A stretch of DNA of 64,000 nucleotides from a virus: the IMG/VR virus record IMGVR_UViG_3300017763_000003, one strand, 5' to 3'. The translations under genes were made by a program, and so were the position numbers. This document shows positions 9,392 through 19,932 of the stretch, one piece after another; the first letter of the stretch is position 1; every line of letters starts with the position of its first letter. The notes beneath the pieces were generated by a model. The model made no database searches. It was not told where the DNA came from and saw only the letters and a list, made by a program, of their open reading frames with translations.

Positions 9392-11198
9392 AATGGAAGA
9401 TAAATTAATTTCAGAGATACATGGTATCACAATAGACTATACTAGAGATTCTCTACTAGATGATGCTGGTAAAATACGATTAAGAGAATCGTATATGAAA
9501 GATGATGAAACTTCTCCGCAAGAAAGATTCGCTTTTGTATCAAAAACTTTTTCATCTAATCCTGAACATGCTCAAAGGTTGTATGATTATTCATCTCAAC
9601 ATTGGCTAAGTTATGCCACTCCTATTTTATCTTATGGTAGAAGTAAAAGAGGATTGCCTATTAGTTGTTTCTTAAATTATATTGAAGATTCTTCTGAAGG
9701 ATTAGTACAAAATTTATCAGAAACTAACTGGTTGTCAATGTCAGGTGGTGGTGTAGGCATAGGATTCGGTATTCGTAGTGCCGATGATAAATCTACTGGT
9801 GTTATGCCACATATGAAAATGTATGACGCATCTTCATTAGCATATCGTCAAGGTCGTACAAGAAGAGGTAGCTATGCTGCGTACTTAAATATTGACCATC
9901 CTGATATTAAAGAATTTATTGAAATGAGAAAGCCGACTGGCGATCCTAACATGCGAGCATTAAATATGCACCATGGTATTAATATCCCACACAGCTTTAT
10001 GCAGATTATCGAAAACTGTATGAAGAATGAAAACTGTGATGATAAATGGGCACTCAAGGATCCGCATAATGGAAAAGTAAAAGAGTATGTATCGGCTAGA
10101 GAATTATGGCAAAGTATTTTAGAAACTCGTATGATGACTGGTGAGCCATATCTACACTTCATTGACACTAGCAACGAACAGATGCCAGAGTTCCTAAAAG
10201 AAAAGGGTTTGAAAATTCACCAAAGTAATTTATGTTCAGAGATTATACTTCCTACTAATGAGGAAAGAACTGCTGTATGTTGTTTATCATCTTTGAACTT
10301 AGAACACTATGATGAGTGGTCAAAAAATAAAACATTCCTGAAAGATGTAGCTGAAATGCTTGATAATGTTTTGCAGTATTTTATTGATAATGCTAGACCT
10401 GAATTATCTCGTGCCAAGTATTCAGCTGAGCAAGAAAGATCTATCGGGATAGGTGCTTTGGGTTTTCATGCTTACTTACAGAAAAATGGAATACCTTATG
10501 AAAGTGCCATAGCAGGAAATAGAAATGAAAAGATTTTTAAACATATTAGAACTGGACTGGATAAAGCAAACATTGAGATGGGTATTGAGCGAGGGGAAGC
10601 ACCTGATGCTACTGGTACTGGTCGGAGGTTTAGCCACATGCTTGCTATTGCTCCTAATGCTAGTAGTAGCATTATCATGGGTAATACTTCTCCTAGTATC
10701 GAGCCTTTTCGAGCTAATGCTTATCGTCAAGATACACTTTCTGGATCTCATACCAATAAGAATAAATTCCTTCAGAAACTACTGGAGAAAAAAAGTAAAG
10801 AGAGCAAGTTAAATCTAGATGATGAATGGTCAAGTATTATAGCAAATGATGGTTCAGTACAGCATCTAAAATACCTAACAGATTTAGAGAAAGATGTATA
10901 TAAAACATCTATGGAGATGAACCAACAATGGATTATAAACCATGCCAGTGAAAGACAAAAATATATTGACCAAGCACAGTCAGTTAATTTATTCTTTAGA
11001 CCTGACGCAGATATTAAGTATTTACATGCTGTTCACTTCTTAGCATGGAAGACTGGTCTAAAAACACTGTATTATTGTAGAAGTGAAAAGATCGGTAAAG
11101 CCGATAAAATTAGTCGAAGAATACAAAGGGAGATAATTAAAGAGTTAGACATATCAGCGATAGCCGATGGTGATGTCTGTCTCGCTTGTGAAGGATAA
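9381..11198 (+). CDS. nrdA: ribonucleotide reductase class Ia alpha subunit (no ATP cone)
   Basis: PISCFL, SNLCSEI, APNASSS, KTLYYCR, C-terminal CLACEG. Confidence 0.95.
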   Translation: MENKMEDKLISEIHGITIDYTRDSLLDDAGKIRLRESYMKDDETSPQERFAFVSKTFSSNPEHAQRLYDYSSQHWLSYATPILSYGRSKRGLPISCFLNYIEDSSEGLVQNLSETNWLSMSGGGVGIGFGIRSADDKSTGVMPHMKMYDASSLAYRQGRTRRGSYAAYLNIDHPDIKEFIEMRKPTGDPNMRALNMHHGINIPHSFMQIIENCMKNENCDDKWALKDPHNGKVKEYVSARELWQSILETRMMTGEPYLHFIDTSNEQMPEFLKEKGLKIHQSNLCSEIILPTNEERTAVCCLSSLNLEHYDEWSKNKTFLKDVAEMLDNVLQYFIDNARPELSRAKYSAEQERSIGIGALGFHAYLQKNGIPYESAIAGNRNEKIFKHIRTGLDKANIEMGIERGEAPDATGTGRRFSHMLAIAPNASSSIIMGNTSPSIEPFRANAYRQDTLSGSHTNKNKFLQKLLEKKSKESKLNLDDEWSSIIANDGSVQHLKYLTDLEKDVYKTSMEMNQQWIINHASERQKYIDQAQSVNLFFRPDADIKYLHAVHFLAWKTGLKTLYYCRSEKIGKADKISRRIQREIIKELDISAIADGDVCLACEG

Positions 11199-11203
11199 AA
11201 TAC

Positions 11204-12118
11204 ATGATAAACTTGCCAGAACATCTTAGTTATGACAAAGAAGCAATAGCCAAACTAAGAACACAAAAAATATTTCGTTATGGAGATGTAAAAAGATTTG
11301 ATGACGAGTTAGATTTCCTTATGGGTTTCGTACCTGATTTAACAAGGGATTTTTTAACAGAATATGAAGATATAGAAGATTGCCTAAAAAGAGGTACGAC
11401 TTCTGCATTAGAATCAATATACAGTCAGTTGAAACGATCTCGTGAAGGAAGTCCCGATAAGATTGCTAGAGCAAAGATGCAAGTGGGTATGGATGATAAT
11501 ATGCTAAAGGGTCAATCAACTGCAGGTGAATATAATAACGATGCTTGGCGAGTCTTAGTTATGAAATACCATAACCCAAATATTGTTGGGTCTGGTGCTG
11601 ATGAAAAGATTCAAAAGCGAATGTTAAACATCAAACAAAAGCAAGACGGATATAATCCTGAAGCATTCCCAACTATGAAAAAAATTGCTGAGCATTATAA
11701 AGAAAGATGCCCTATACTTGAATACAGTATATTACCTGCTCAAAGTATTATTGAAAGACACATAGGTATAGAAAATAAGAAAGGGGAAAATATTAGAATA
11801 CATATTCCTCTTATAGTACCTGAGGGAGATTTATTTTTAGAAGCACAGGGCGAGGAAGTTGATTGGCAACACCCATGGGGATTTAATAATCAATATATGC
11901 ATAGTGCTCATAACAATACTGATGAGCATAGATTGATTATGCTGATTGATTTAAAAAGAACTTATGTTGGTATCCCACCAGCAAAACATTTTAAGGATAT
12001 GACTTTAGATGAAATCGGTGATGTCCATTTTAAATACGCAAGAGATAATAAACGAGAGCAACCTGAAATCTCATCATCTCTTTCTAATAAATTCAGGAAA
12101 CAAGAGGATTATATATGA
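11204..12118 (+). CDS. aspartyl/asparaginyl beta-hydroxylase family oxygenase
   Basis: IERHIG…IRIHIPLIVP…FNNQYMHSAHN…RLIMLID. Confidence 0.8.
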   Translation: MINLPEHLSYDKEAIAKLRTQKIFRYGDVKRFDDELDFLMGFVPDLTRDFLTEYEDIEDCLKRGTTSALESIYSQLKRSREGSPDKIARAKMQVGMDDNMLKGQSTAGEYNNDAWRVLVMKYHNPNIVGSGADEKIQKRMLNIKQKQDGYNPEAFPTMKKIAEHYKERCPILEYSILPAQSIIERHIGIENKKGENIRIHIPLIVPEGDLFLEAQGEEVDWQHPWGFNNQYMHSAHNNTDEHRLIMLIDLKRTYVGIPPAKHFKDMTLDEIGDVHFKYARDNKREQPEISSSLSNKFRKQEDYI

Positions 12119-12834
12119 TAAGTACTACAAGTGAAAGAGAACAAGTGGCTGAAATAGTAAAGGATGAAACTTCTGGACTATTTTACAGACCAGATTTAGG
12201 AGAGTTGTTCGTTATTAAAGAGATGACTCAATATGCTAAATTAGATTTCAATGATAAAGTTGTAATGGATGTAGGTGGGCATATAGGATGCTTTACAGAC
12301 CTAGCACTAAAGAATGGTGCTAAGCATGTATATACTTATGAGCCAACACCTGAGAGTTTCGAAGTTATGGAGAAAAATGTAAGTAATGAAAAAACTACAT
12401 TATTCAATACTGCTCTCGTAGGAGATTCTAGAGATTCAGTAGATTTTTACTTATCTAAAAAGTATCCAACTTGTCATACTCATATGCCTGTTAAGGGAAG
12501 AGAGAAACTTACTGTAAACGCAGAAAACTTTTGGACTAAATTAAAAGAACATAAGCCAGAAGTATTAAAGGTAGATGTAGAGGGTGGCGAGTATGACTTT
12601 ATATTTCAAGAAGAGATGCCTGACTATGTTGAGCAAGTTGCTATTGAGTTGCATCTGGGTAAAAAAGGTTATAAAGAACTTGGTATCCAAGCAACTAGAT
12701 TATTTAATGAGTGGAATTATCATACTAAATTTAGATATAGTTGGCACATAACAACATTAATACTACATAGAACTGCTCCTGGACTGGGGTTAGTAAAAGA
12801 TAAATTAGAAGAGTTGGGGGTAGGATGCCAGTAA
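12115..12834 (+). CDS. FkbM-family SAM methyltransferase
   Basis: MDVGGHIG, YEP, LKVDVEGGEY. Confidence 0.8.
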   Translation: MISTTSEREQVAEIVKDETSGLFYRPDLGELFVIKEMTQYAKLDFNDKVVMDVGGHIGCFTDLALKNGAKHVYTYEPTPESFEVMEKNVSNEKTTLFNTALVGDSRDSVDFYLSKKYPTCHTHMPVKGREKLTVNAENFWTKLKEHKPEVLKVDVEGGEYDFIFQEEMPDYVEQVAIELHLGKKGYKELGIQATRLFNEWNYHTKFRYSWHITTLILHRTAPGLGLVKDKLEELGVGCQ

Positions 12835-13040
12835 AATATAAAAAAGATGAGATAGTCGTCAAAAGAGATAATAATGGAACTCAAACTAAAAGTCGTAAAA
12901 GACATTATATGAAGAATGAAAGTACAGAGTTCTTAATTAATCTTTTAAATGAGGAGAAAACTAAACCAAAGTTGAAAAGTAAAATTAGAAACTTTCTATA
13001 CCTTGCTAGAGGTGTTAAACTAGCAAAGAAGGCATCATGA
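12825..13040 (+). CDS. basic hypothetical protein
   Basis: ORF in operon. Confidence 0.6.
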   Translation: MPVKYKKDEIVVKRDNNGTQTKSRKRHYMKNESTEFLINLLNEEKTKPKLKSKIRNFLYLARGVKLAKKAS

Positions 13041-13441
13041 GTTGGCTTCGTAATACTGTATATGTTTTAATAGCATTAGTTGCTTTAACAGGTTGTGCTA
13101 GTTTAAAAGGATTAATTCCTTCTGGCTGGGACAGCAATGAAATGCTATGGATCGCAGAAATGCAGTATGACATTCGTAATATTGAATGTGAAGGCGATAA
13201 TAAACTAGCCAGTGTAGAAAAGGTTTGGCGAACAAAAGAAATTTTATGGTGGTATGCTCAAGCTAATAGACATCAAGATGTCATTGAGTTAATAAGACCA
13301 TTTAGTGAAAGTATGGAAGGAATATATAGATCTGCTAAAGCAGATAAGTTAAGGAAACCATACTGCGTAAATAAAGTTATCATATTGACTATACAGGTTG
13401 ATGAGATAGCTGAAGCATTAGCATCAAGGAGAAAAAGATGA
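13037..13441 (+). CDS. lipoprotein
   Basis: Signal peptide with LTG-C lipobox. Confidence 0.65.
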   Translation: MSWLRNTVYVLIALVALTGCASLKGLIPSGWDSNEMLWIAEMQYDIRNIECEGDNKLASVEKVWRTKEILWWYAQANRHQDVIELIRPFSESMEGIYRSAKADKLRKPYCVNKVIILTIQVDEIAEALASRRKR

Positions 13442-13692
13442 GATTAACAATTATGGGTAAAAATAATTGCCCTTACTGCGATTTAGCAAAAAGACATCTA
13501 GATGAACATAATATTCCATATGACTATATCAAAGTTGATGAAGATATGGAAGCATATGAAAAATTTAGAGAGCTCGGTGTTCGCTCAGTCCCACAAATAA
13601 TGCAAGAAGGAAAGATTGTTATTGAAGGTGGCTGGGAAGGACTAAAGAAAACACCAATCAATCACTTACAACAAATGGTCGGAGGAGAATAA
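13438..13692 (+). CDS. nrdC: glutaredoxin
   Basis: CPYC, SVPQI, GG. Confidence 0.9.
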   Translation: MRLTIMGKNNCPYCDLAKRHLDEHNIPYDYIKVDEDMEAYEKFRELGVRSVPQIMQEGKIVIEGGWEGLKKTPINHLQQMVGGE

Positions 13693-13916
13693 TGGACGCA
13701 TTTAAAGATCTTCGTAATGAAGAATGGGCAAACAAAAAAGTAGAACTTGCCGATAAATTTAGTAAACAATTAGAATCTGGTGAACTCAACGAGTGGGAAT
13801 ATAAAGACTTAATGCAAGATCTTACTCGTACTGATGAAATAATGGACAAAGCGAACGCAATGAAAATGAAAGCAGCAGTAGAGAAAGCTATTTCATTGGC
13901 ATTAAAGTTTGTATAG
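13692..13916 (+). CDS. hypothetical protein
   Basis: TAATG coupled ORF. Confidence 0.6.
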   Translation: MDAFKDLRNEEWANKKVELADKFSKQLESGELNEWEYKDLMQDLTRTDEIMDKANAMKMKAAVEKAISLALKFV

Positions 13917-14583
13917 ATTTTTATTTAAAGATTCAGAAGAGGTATTCGATCCTATAACTCGTCAAAAAATACTTGAAAAAGTAAACTACCACGAGAAATA
14001 TTGGAAACCACTATCTGACTATTTCAACAGTGCTTTGTTTGTGCAACCTGGAATGGAATATATGTATCTGTTTGGTGACGGATTATATGTATTACAGGAT
14101 AAAAACGACATAGACTGGGAGGTACAGGAACTATTAGATACTGAGTTTTCTGATATTATATATACACCTGTACTCAAAACACTGGAGGAAATTTTTGGGA
14201 TTGGAGTAAAAGAAGTTTCTTATTATAAGGACTTGCCACTTCCAGGATTTCATATCTATAAAGGTAATGATATTGGCTTAACTAAGAGCCGACCTTATCA
14301 TACCGATGATAATCTAAGATTTTACAAACCTGAACTCAATAGAGAACAAATATACTCTTTTGCGATACCGATTGAACTGCCAAAAGATGGGGCATGTTTA
14401 GATTGGTTAGGGGATTCTAGCGACTACTTTACTCATAATTATGAACTAGGAAAAATGTCTTTATGGCATGGGATGGTTAAACACCGATTGGGTGCCAAAC
14501 CACCAACTACTGAAAATAGAATAACTTTACAGGGTCATGTTTATGTTGATTATAAAACTGGCATACTTAAAACATATTTTTAG
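13909..14583 (+). CDS. Fe(II)/2OG-type oxygenase
   Basis: PGFHIY, HTD, distal H (VKHRLG), RITLQGH. Confidence 0.65.
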   Translation: MYRFLFKDSEEVFDPITRQKILEKVNYHEKYWKPLSDYFNSALFVQPGMEYMYLFGDGLYVLQDKNDIDWEVQELLDTEFSDIIYTPVLKTLEEIFGIGVKEVSYYKDLPLPGFHIYKGNDIGLTKSRPYHTDDNLRFYKPELNREQIYSFAIPIELPKDGACLDWLGDSSDYFTHNYELGKMSLWHGMVKHRLGAKPPTTENRITLQGHVYVDYKTGILKTYF

Positions 14584-14592
14584 GAGGATAAA

Positions 14593-14718
14593 ATGGATCT
14601 AAGTTTTTTAAATGCAGAACTACTTAATAATGTAAGCTGGGAAGATGGTTTAATTTATATTGGACTCGGACTGGCTGTTTACGCAATAATCAGATTAATT
14701 AACAAATACACACGATAG
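14593..14718 (+). CDS. small membrane protein (41 aa, not in ORF track)
   Basis: SD AGGAGG; MDLSFLNAELLNNVSWEDGLIYIGLGLAVYAIIRLINKYTR. Confidence 0.65.
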   Translation: MDLSFLNAELLNNVSWEDGLIYIGLGLAVYAIIRLINKYTR

Positions 14719-14727
14719 GAAATAACG

Positions 14728-15723
14728 ATGGCGAAAAAGCAACTCAAACTAACTGACGAAAGAACATTCTTCAAACCTTTTAACTACCCATGGGCATATG
14801 AAGCATGGCTCAAGCATGAGCAATCACATTGGCTTCATACTGAAGTGCCTATGATTGAAGATGTTAAAGATTGGAAGACTAAGATTACTGCTGAGCAGAA
14901 ATACTTTTTAACTAATATCTTTAGATTCTTTACTCAGGGAGATATTGATGTTGCTGGTGGTTATGTAAATAACTACTTGCCATATTTTCCACAACCAGAA
15001 ATCAGGATGATGTTAAGTGGGTTTGCAGCAAGAGAAGCACTTCATATTGCTGCTTACTCACATCTGATTGAAACTTTGGGTATGCCTGAAAATACATACC
15101 AAGAGTTTGCTGAATATCAAGAGATGTCTGATAAGCACGAATACTTTATTAAACTATCAGAATCTAATGGCAACAAAAGATCGGTTGCTACTAATATTGC
15201 TGCATTCTCAGCTTTCACTGAGGGTATGCAATTATTTTCTTCATTCATTATGCTACTAAATTTCCCAAGACATGGCATGATGAAAGGTATGGGTCAAATC
15301 GTAACATGGTCTATTGTAGATGAAACTCTACATGCTGAAAACATGATTAAACTTTTTAGAACTTATATTGAAGAAAACAAATCTATCTGGAATGATAAAA
15401 CTAAAAGCGATATCTATAAGATCGCTACAAAAATGACTGAACTCGAAGATAAATTTATTGACTTGTCTTTCGCTATGGGCAATATGCCTGACTTAACAGC
15501 TGAAGATGTAAAAAAATACATTAGATATATTTGCGATCGTAGATTAATTAGTCTAGGATTAAAGGGTATCTGGAAAGTCACTAGAAATCCACTACCATGG
15601 GTTGAGGAGATGATAAATGCTCCTACACATGGGAACTTCTTTGAGAATAGAGTCACTGATTATGCGAAAGGAGCACTCGCTGGGGACTGGCAAGAAGTTT
15701 GGGGTGTCAGTGCTACTGCCTGA
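14728..15723 (+). CDS. nrdB: ribonucleotide reductase class Ia beta subunit
   Basis: FFTQGD, EALH, EGMQLFSSF, DETLH, NFFENRVTDY. Confidence 0.95.
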   Translation: MAKKQLKLTDERTFFKPFNYPWAYEAWLKHEQSHWLHTEVPMIEDVKDWKTKITAEQKYFLTNIFRFFTQGDIDVAGGYVNNYLPYFPQPEIRMMLSGFAAREALHIAAYSHLIETLGMPENTYQEFAEYQEMSDKHEYFIKLSESNGNKRSVATNIAAFSAFTEGMQLFSSFIMLLNFPRHGMMKGMGQIVTWSIVDETLHAENMIKLFRTYIEENKSIWNDKTKSDIYKIATKMTELEDKFIDLSFAMGNMPDLTAEDVKKYIRYICDRRLISLGLKGIWKVTRNPLPWVEEMINAPTHGNFFENRVTDYAKGALAGDWQEVWGVSATA

Positions 15724-15725
15724 TT

Positions 15726-15896
15726 ATGAAGAAAAAATTTAAATTTGAATGTGAATCTTGTGGTGCTGAATACACCATCTCGTTTGAAGAAGATGAAGAT
15801 AATTTCATGGGGCAAGATATAACTTGTTGCCCATTCTGTGGGGATGATTGTGAAAGACCTGAGCAAGAGGAGGATTTAGATAAGGATCCGATATGA
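15726..15896 (+). CDS. small zinc-ribbon protein
   Basis: CESC…CPFC. Confidence 0.65.
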   Translation: MKKKFKFECESCGAEYTISFEEDEDNFMGQDITCCPFCGDDCERPEQEEDLDKDPI

Positions 15897-16675
15897 AAAT
15901 CTTAGTTGATGTTATTAGTCATGATGCTACTGACCAAGAAGTAAAAGCAGAATTATTAGAAGATTTAAAAGAATATGAAGTTGAAGTCGTAGAGACTATC
16001 AAAGTATTTGAGCCATCATTAACATGGCAAGGAATACAAGAAAATATAGATAGGAACAGATTTCTAACTAATCATAATGAAGACTTCTATATAAAACTGC
16101 GTGGTGCTTCAAAACTTTCCCGAGACTTTAAAACAGTAATAGAAGCTGTAAGCAATGAAGATATTGATGTATTATTTCATTCTGGTCGTAGAGAATTATT
16201 CGTTGATGATACTTTATATGAAGAAACACAACAATTACTTCGTGCTATCTTAGAAAGATATTGTGATGAAGGTAAGAATGTTATGTTTAAATATCCTGTA
16301 GAATATATCCAAAATATTATGCTATCAGTGTCACCTTTCATACAACAATATGTACCTTATACTAATGAGCAAGGTGCTCATAATGCTATTCTAGGATACT
16401 CCAGAAAGTTTGCAGAGTCTTTTGTATATAATGAAGGCATAAACCCTAACGAAATTGTCACCTGTCATGACGCACTTATGACAGCATCACGCAAGAATCT
16501 TATAGTTAAATATCTCAAATCTAATGCTTATGTCCAAGAGTTTATATCTATGGACGAAGTAGTAAATGCTGGAGTATGGGAAAACTATAACGACAACTGG
16601 AGAAAAGCTATGAAACACGCTATCCCTAAATTCTCTAAAAACATCTTAAATCGTAAGATTAAATTTATCAATTAA
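15893..16675 (+). CDS. hypothetical protein
   Basis: 260-aa ORF. Confidence 0.65.
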   Translation: MKILVDVISHDATDQEVKAELLEDLKEYEVEVVETIKVFEPSLTWQGIQENIDRNRFLTNHNEDFYIKLRGASKLSRDFKTVIEAVSNEDIDVLFHSGRRELFVDDTLYEETQQLLRAILERYCDEGKNVMFKYPVEYIQNIMLSVSPFIQQYVPYTNEQGAHNAILGYSRKFAESFVYNEGINPNEIVTCHDALMTASRKNLIVKYLKSNAYVQEFISMDEVVNAGVWENYNDNWRKAMKHAIPKFSKNILNRKIKFIN

Positions 16676-16690
16676 CCTAAATATATAGCA

Positions 16691-17110
16691 ATGACTTGGT
16701 TATATGAAGACAGAGTCTTCACTGATTATGAAGATTATTATGGTTTCATCTATGAGATTACCTGTAAAAAAACAGGTCGATCTTACATTGGTCGCAAATA
16801 TTTTACAAAAGCGAAAACTCTACAGCCATTGAAAGGCAGAGTCAACAAAAGACGAAGTAGAGTTGAGAGTGATTGGCAAAATTATTGGGGATCGTCAACA
16901 ATCCTACAAGAAGATATAATACGAAAAGGCGAAAGTAATTTCGAGAGAAAGATACTTCGTCTTTGTAAAACTCGTGGGGAGGTTAATTACTGGGAAGTTA
17001 AATATATGTTTGAATTTGATGTGCTAAACGCAAAACTTCCTAATGGTGAGTACAAATATTATAACGAGAATATTATGATTAAATTTACAAGATCTAATAT
17101 AGGAGGATAA
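16691..17110 (+). CDS. GIY-YIG family endonuclease-like protein
   Basis: GFIY…SYIGRK, SDWQNYWGSS; CTAAATA at 16677-16683. Confidence 0.8.
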   Translation: MTWLYEDRVFTDYEDYYGFIYEITCKKTGRSYIGRKYFTKAKTLQPLKGRVNKRRSRVESDWQNYWGSSTILQEDIIRKGESNFERKILRLCKTRGEVNYWEVKYMFEFDVLNAKLPNGEYKYYNENIMIKFTRSNIGG

Positions 17111-17113
17111 TAT

Positions 17114-17260
17114 ATGTGGAATCTTACTGATATAAAAGAATGGATAATTGACACTAAGGACAATATCGTTTGGAAGTGGCAAGATTTATCCAAAAAAAAT
17201 AAAATTGTTGTAGTCGGAATACTGGCTCTAGCAATATGGGTTATATGTACACTAATATAA
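17114..17260 (+). CDS. small membrane protein (48 aa, not in ORF track)
   Basis: SD AGGAGG; C-terminal hydrophobic helix. Confidence 0.6.
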   Translation: MWNLTDIKEWIIDTKDNIVWKWQDLSKKNKIVVVGILALAIWVICTLI

Positions 17261-17268
17261 CTAATAAT

Positions 17269-17290
17269 ACTGGGTGCTTCGGCACCCAGT
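17269..17290. promoter_or_regulatory. perfect cUUCGg hairpin before SD
   Basis: ACTGGGTGC-TTCG-GCACCCAGT; no U-tract. Confidence 0.55.
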
Positions 17291-17306
17291 GTAAAGGAGG
17301 GCAATT

Positions 17307-18551
17307 ATGTTCATGAAGATATTAATGTTGGGGACTGCCCTAACTATATCTGCCATTGCTGCATATTACTCGATTATCGGATTAGCAACTATTTTTGCTG
17401 CAGCAGTGATACCAGTTATAGTAATGGGATCCGCAATGGAAGTAGGAAAACTGGTCACAGTAGTTTATTTACATAGATACTGGGACGAATGTAAAATACT
17501 ACTCAAATCATATTTAATGTTCGCTGTGTTTTTCCTAATGTTTATTACCAGTATGGGAATATTTGGTTTTTTATCAAAGGCACATATCGAGCAAACTGCT
17601 CTATCAGATGAGCAGATAGCATTAGCCGAAAGTATTGATGATAAACTTGTTCGTTCACAAGTTAAAATCGACAGGTGGGATGCTGAAATCGATAGACTAT
17701 TACAACCAAATAATGAACGAGTTGATGTACAAATAGGAAACGAACAGGAAAGACTAGATGCATTATACGATAGGATTGCTGAAGAAAAGAAAGCAGCAAA
17801 CGATGCGTATAATCAAAAACTAAAAACAATTAATGAAACTGTCACTGGGTTTGGCTCAGGTGCTGCCAAAAGAGAACAAGTAGATGCAGCAAATGCTGAA
17901 CTTAAAAAAGAACTTACTGCTATCGACAGAAAATATAATACACAGATAGGAGAACTAGAAGAAGTAATAAAATCTTATCGTATTACTGCCGAATCTAAAA
18001 CTGATGATATAGATGGTAAGGTGGCAACACTTGAATCTAATGTAGAAACTGAGCAAGTTATTGTTGATGCACTAATCGAAGAAAAAATGGTTTATGAAAA
18101 AGAGTTTCGTAAACTTGAAGCTGAGGTTGGACCAGTCAAATATATTGCTGAGTTAGTATATGGGGAAGCCAATAAATCAGTACTCGAGGATGCTGTAAGA
18201 TGGGTAATTATTATTCTATGTATTGTATTTGACCCACTTGCTGTGGCTTTACTTATTGCTTGGAATGGTATGATTGCCCAACCAAGACGAAAAATTCCTG
18301 AGATTCCTGAGAGTATAATGAATGTCAGTGATGATGCAAGATATTACTGGCAAAAAATACAAGAAGATCGTAAGGTAAAGGCACATGTTGACAATCTACC
18401 AGAGAAAAGGGAAGATCGTCCTGGACCAAGTATAGCTGAAAAGCCAAAAGAAGTGGATCCAGACAATGAACCATACAATCCTGAAAGTTATGAATTAAGA
18501 TCTGATATTAAGGAAATTATCAAAAAGAAAGATACTGAGAACCCTAAATAG
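17307..18551 (+). CDS. multi-TM protein with long coiled coil
   Basis: AAYYSIIGLA…EVGKLV…TSMGIFGFLSKAH; EAEVGPVKYIA…FDPLAV. Confidence 0.75.
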   Translation: MFMKILMLGTALTISAIAAYYSIIGLATIFAAAVIPVIVMGSAMEVGKLVTVVYLHRYWDECKILLKSYLMFAVFFLMFITSMGIFGFLSKAHIEQTALSDEQIALAESIDDKLVRSQVKIDRWDAEIDRLLQPNNERVDVQIGNEQERLDALYDRIAEEKKAANDAYNQKLKTINETVTGFGSGAAKREQVDAANAELKKELTAIDRKYNTQIGELEEVIKSYRITAESKTDDIDGKVATLESNVETEQVIVDALIEEKMVYEKEFRKLEAEVGPVKYIAELVYGEANKSVLEDAVRWVIIILCIVFDPLAVALLIAWNGMIAQPRRKIPEIPESIMNVSDDARYYWQKIQEDRKVKAHVDNLPEKREDRPGPSIAEKPKEVDPDNEPYNPESYELRSDIKEIIKKKDTENPK

Positions 18552-18608
18552 TCGTCTAGAGTGAACTTTTTGTAATGATGTGTTTAATCATTAAAGGTGC
18601 ACTAAAAG

Positions 18609-18902
18609 ATGGCAAAAAAAGATTTTGATTTAGATGGCGATGGAATCACTTCGAAAGAAGAGATCGAAGCAGCCAAATTACTCAAAGAAGCAGAAGCAGC
18701 AGAAGAAAAAGCTGACACGCAGAAAGCTATGGCATGGGTCGCTATGATATCCATGCTTGGCTTTACTCTATTTTTATTCCTACCTTTTATGTCCAATGAA
18801 CGAGTCTCAGCACTCGGAGATCTGCTTGGTCTATTTTATATAGCACAAGCTGGAGTCGTTGGAGCATATATGGGTATGTCTGCTTACATGAGTAGAAAAT
18901 AA
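18609..18902 (+). CDS. small 2-TM protein with EF-hand-like loop (holin-like)
   Basis: DLDGDGITSKEE plus two TM helices. Confidence 0.6.
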   Translation: MAKKDFDLDGDGITSKEEIEAAKLLKEAEAAEEKADTQKAMAWVAMISMLGFTLFLFLPFMSNERVSALGDLLGLFYIAQAGVVGAYMGMSAYMSRK

Positions 18903-18915
18903 CAGACTCGGTTTT

Positions 18916-19197
18916 ATGGATGAGATATTTTTACTAATAGGAGAACTAGGACTGCCCATAGCAGGATGTATTGCTGGTGGGGCATTCATATACATTATCC
19001 TAAAATACATCCTATCAGGTGTCACTGACCAAGTGAAGACCATGCATGGGATTATATCCATGCTCGACAATCGTATCAAAAATATGAATAATGATATGAT
19101 AAAGCTCGACATACTTATTTCACATTCACTTAATTTAAAACCTGACGAGGAAAGAATTGCTCGTGCCGATGGGAAAGAAGATGCTCGGCGTGATTGA
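18916..19197 (+). CDS. small membrane protein, curli-operon associated (paralogue 1)
   Basis: ELGLPIA TM segment plus LDNRIKNMNNDMIKLD. Confidence 0.65.
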   Translation: MDEIFLLIGELGLPIAGCIAGGAFIYIILKYILSGVTDQVKTMHGIISMLDNRIKNMNNDMIKLDILISHSLNLKPDEERIARADGKEDARRD

Positions 19198-19453
19198 AAT
19201 AATAAATGAATATGGCTTCCCGATAGTGGCTGTGGTTGGTATGGGCTGGTTTATCTGGTTCATATATAACTACATTACCAACTTAATAGCTGAAAAGCTA
19301 GACCAAGCCAATGTAGTTTTAATAGCATTGATAGATAGGATTCGTATGTTAGATAATGATATTATAAGACTGAAGTCAAAGATTAATACAGTAATAGAAT
19401 TACAAGAATTACAGAAGAAACAGGATGAAAAAAAGGATGAAAAAACTAAATAA
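19181..19453 (+). CDS. small membrane protein, curli-operon associated (paralogue 2)
   Basis: EYGFPIV TM segment plus LIDRIRMLDNDIIRL. Confidence 0.65.
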   Translation: MLGVIEIINEYGFPIVAVVGMGWFIWFIYNYITNLIAEKLDQANVVLIALIDRIRMLDNDIIRLKSKINTVIELQELQKKQDEKKDEKTK

Positions 19454-19457
19454 TAGT

Positions 19458-19919
19458 ATGAAGATTCTAGCATTTTTGCTACTATTACCGAGCATAGCAT
19501 TAGCTGATGCTCTGGTTTTCGAGTTTGGGAACCCAGCTTTTTCTGGTTCAGGATACAGTTCCCATGTATTGAGTGTTGAGCAACTGCAATATTCAAGAGG
19601 ACAAGATGTAAAAGATGCAGCAAAAAGCGATGCTGCTAGATTAACAAGGGAACAAGAGAATACTACAGTTGCTAAGTTTATTAAAAATGTTGAATCCAGA
19701 ATTTATGCTAACTTGTCGAAGCAGTTAGTGGATAATATGTTCGGTACAAGTTGTGACAGTACAACTACGAACTGTCCGACAAGTGGTACTTCAGAGGTCG
19801 AGGGTGCTACTATCTATTGGGTAAAGGATACTACAACAGAAATTATAACTCTTACCATCACAGATGAAAATGGATCTGTGACAAGCATGAGCGTACCTAT
19901 CGGCGATTTTGTTTTTTAA
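19458..19919 (+). CDS. csgF: curli assembly protein CsgF
   Basis: Signal peptide then LVFEFGNPAFSG; FIKNVESRIYANLSKQL; CTAAATA at 19446-19452. Confidence 0.85.
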   Translation: MKILAFLLLLPSIALADALVFEFGNPAFSGSGYSSHVLSVEQLQYSRGQDVKDAAKSDAARLTREQENTTVAKFIKNVESRIYANLSKQLVDNMFGTSCDSTTTNCPTSGTSEVEGATIYWVKDTTTEIITLTITDENGSVTSMSVPIGDFVF

Positions 19920-19932
19920 AGGGAGTTGCTCA

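Noticed and set aside
16691-17110. Mobile intron/homing element
   Set aside because: Free-standing short GIY-YIG with no interrupted gene; nrdA, nrdB and thyX are continuous
17269-17290. Intrinsic terminator
   Set aside because: No U-tract on either strand; kept only as a stabilising or processing hairpin
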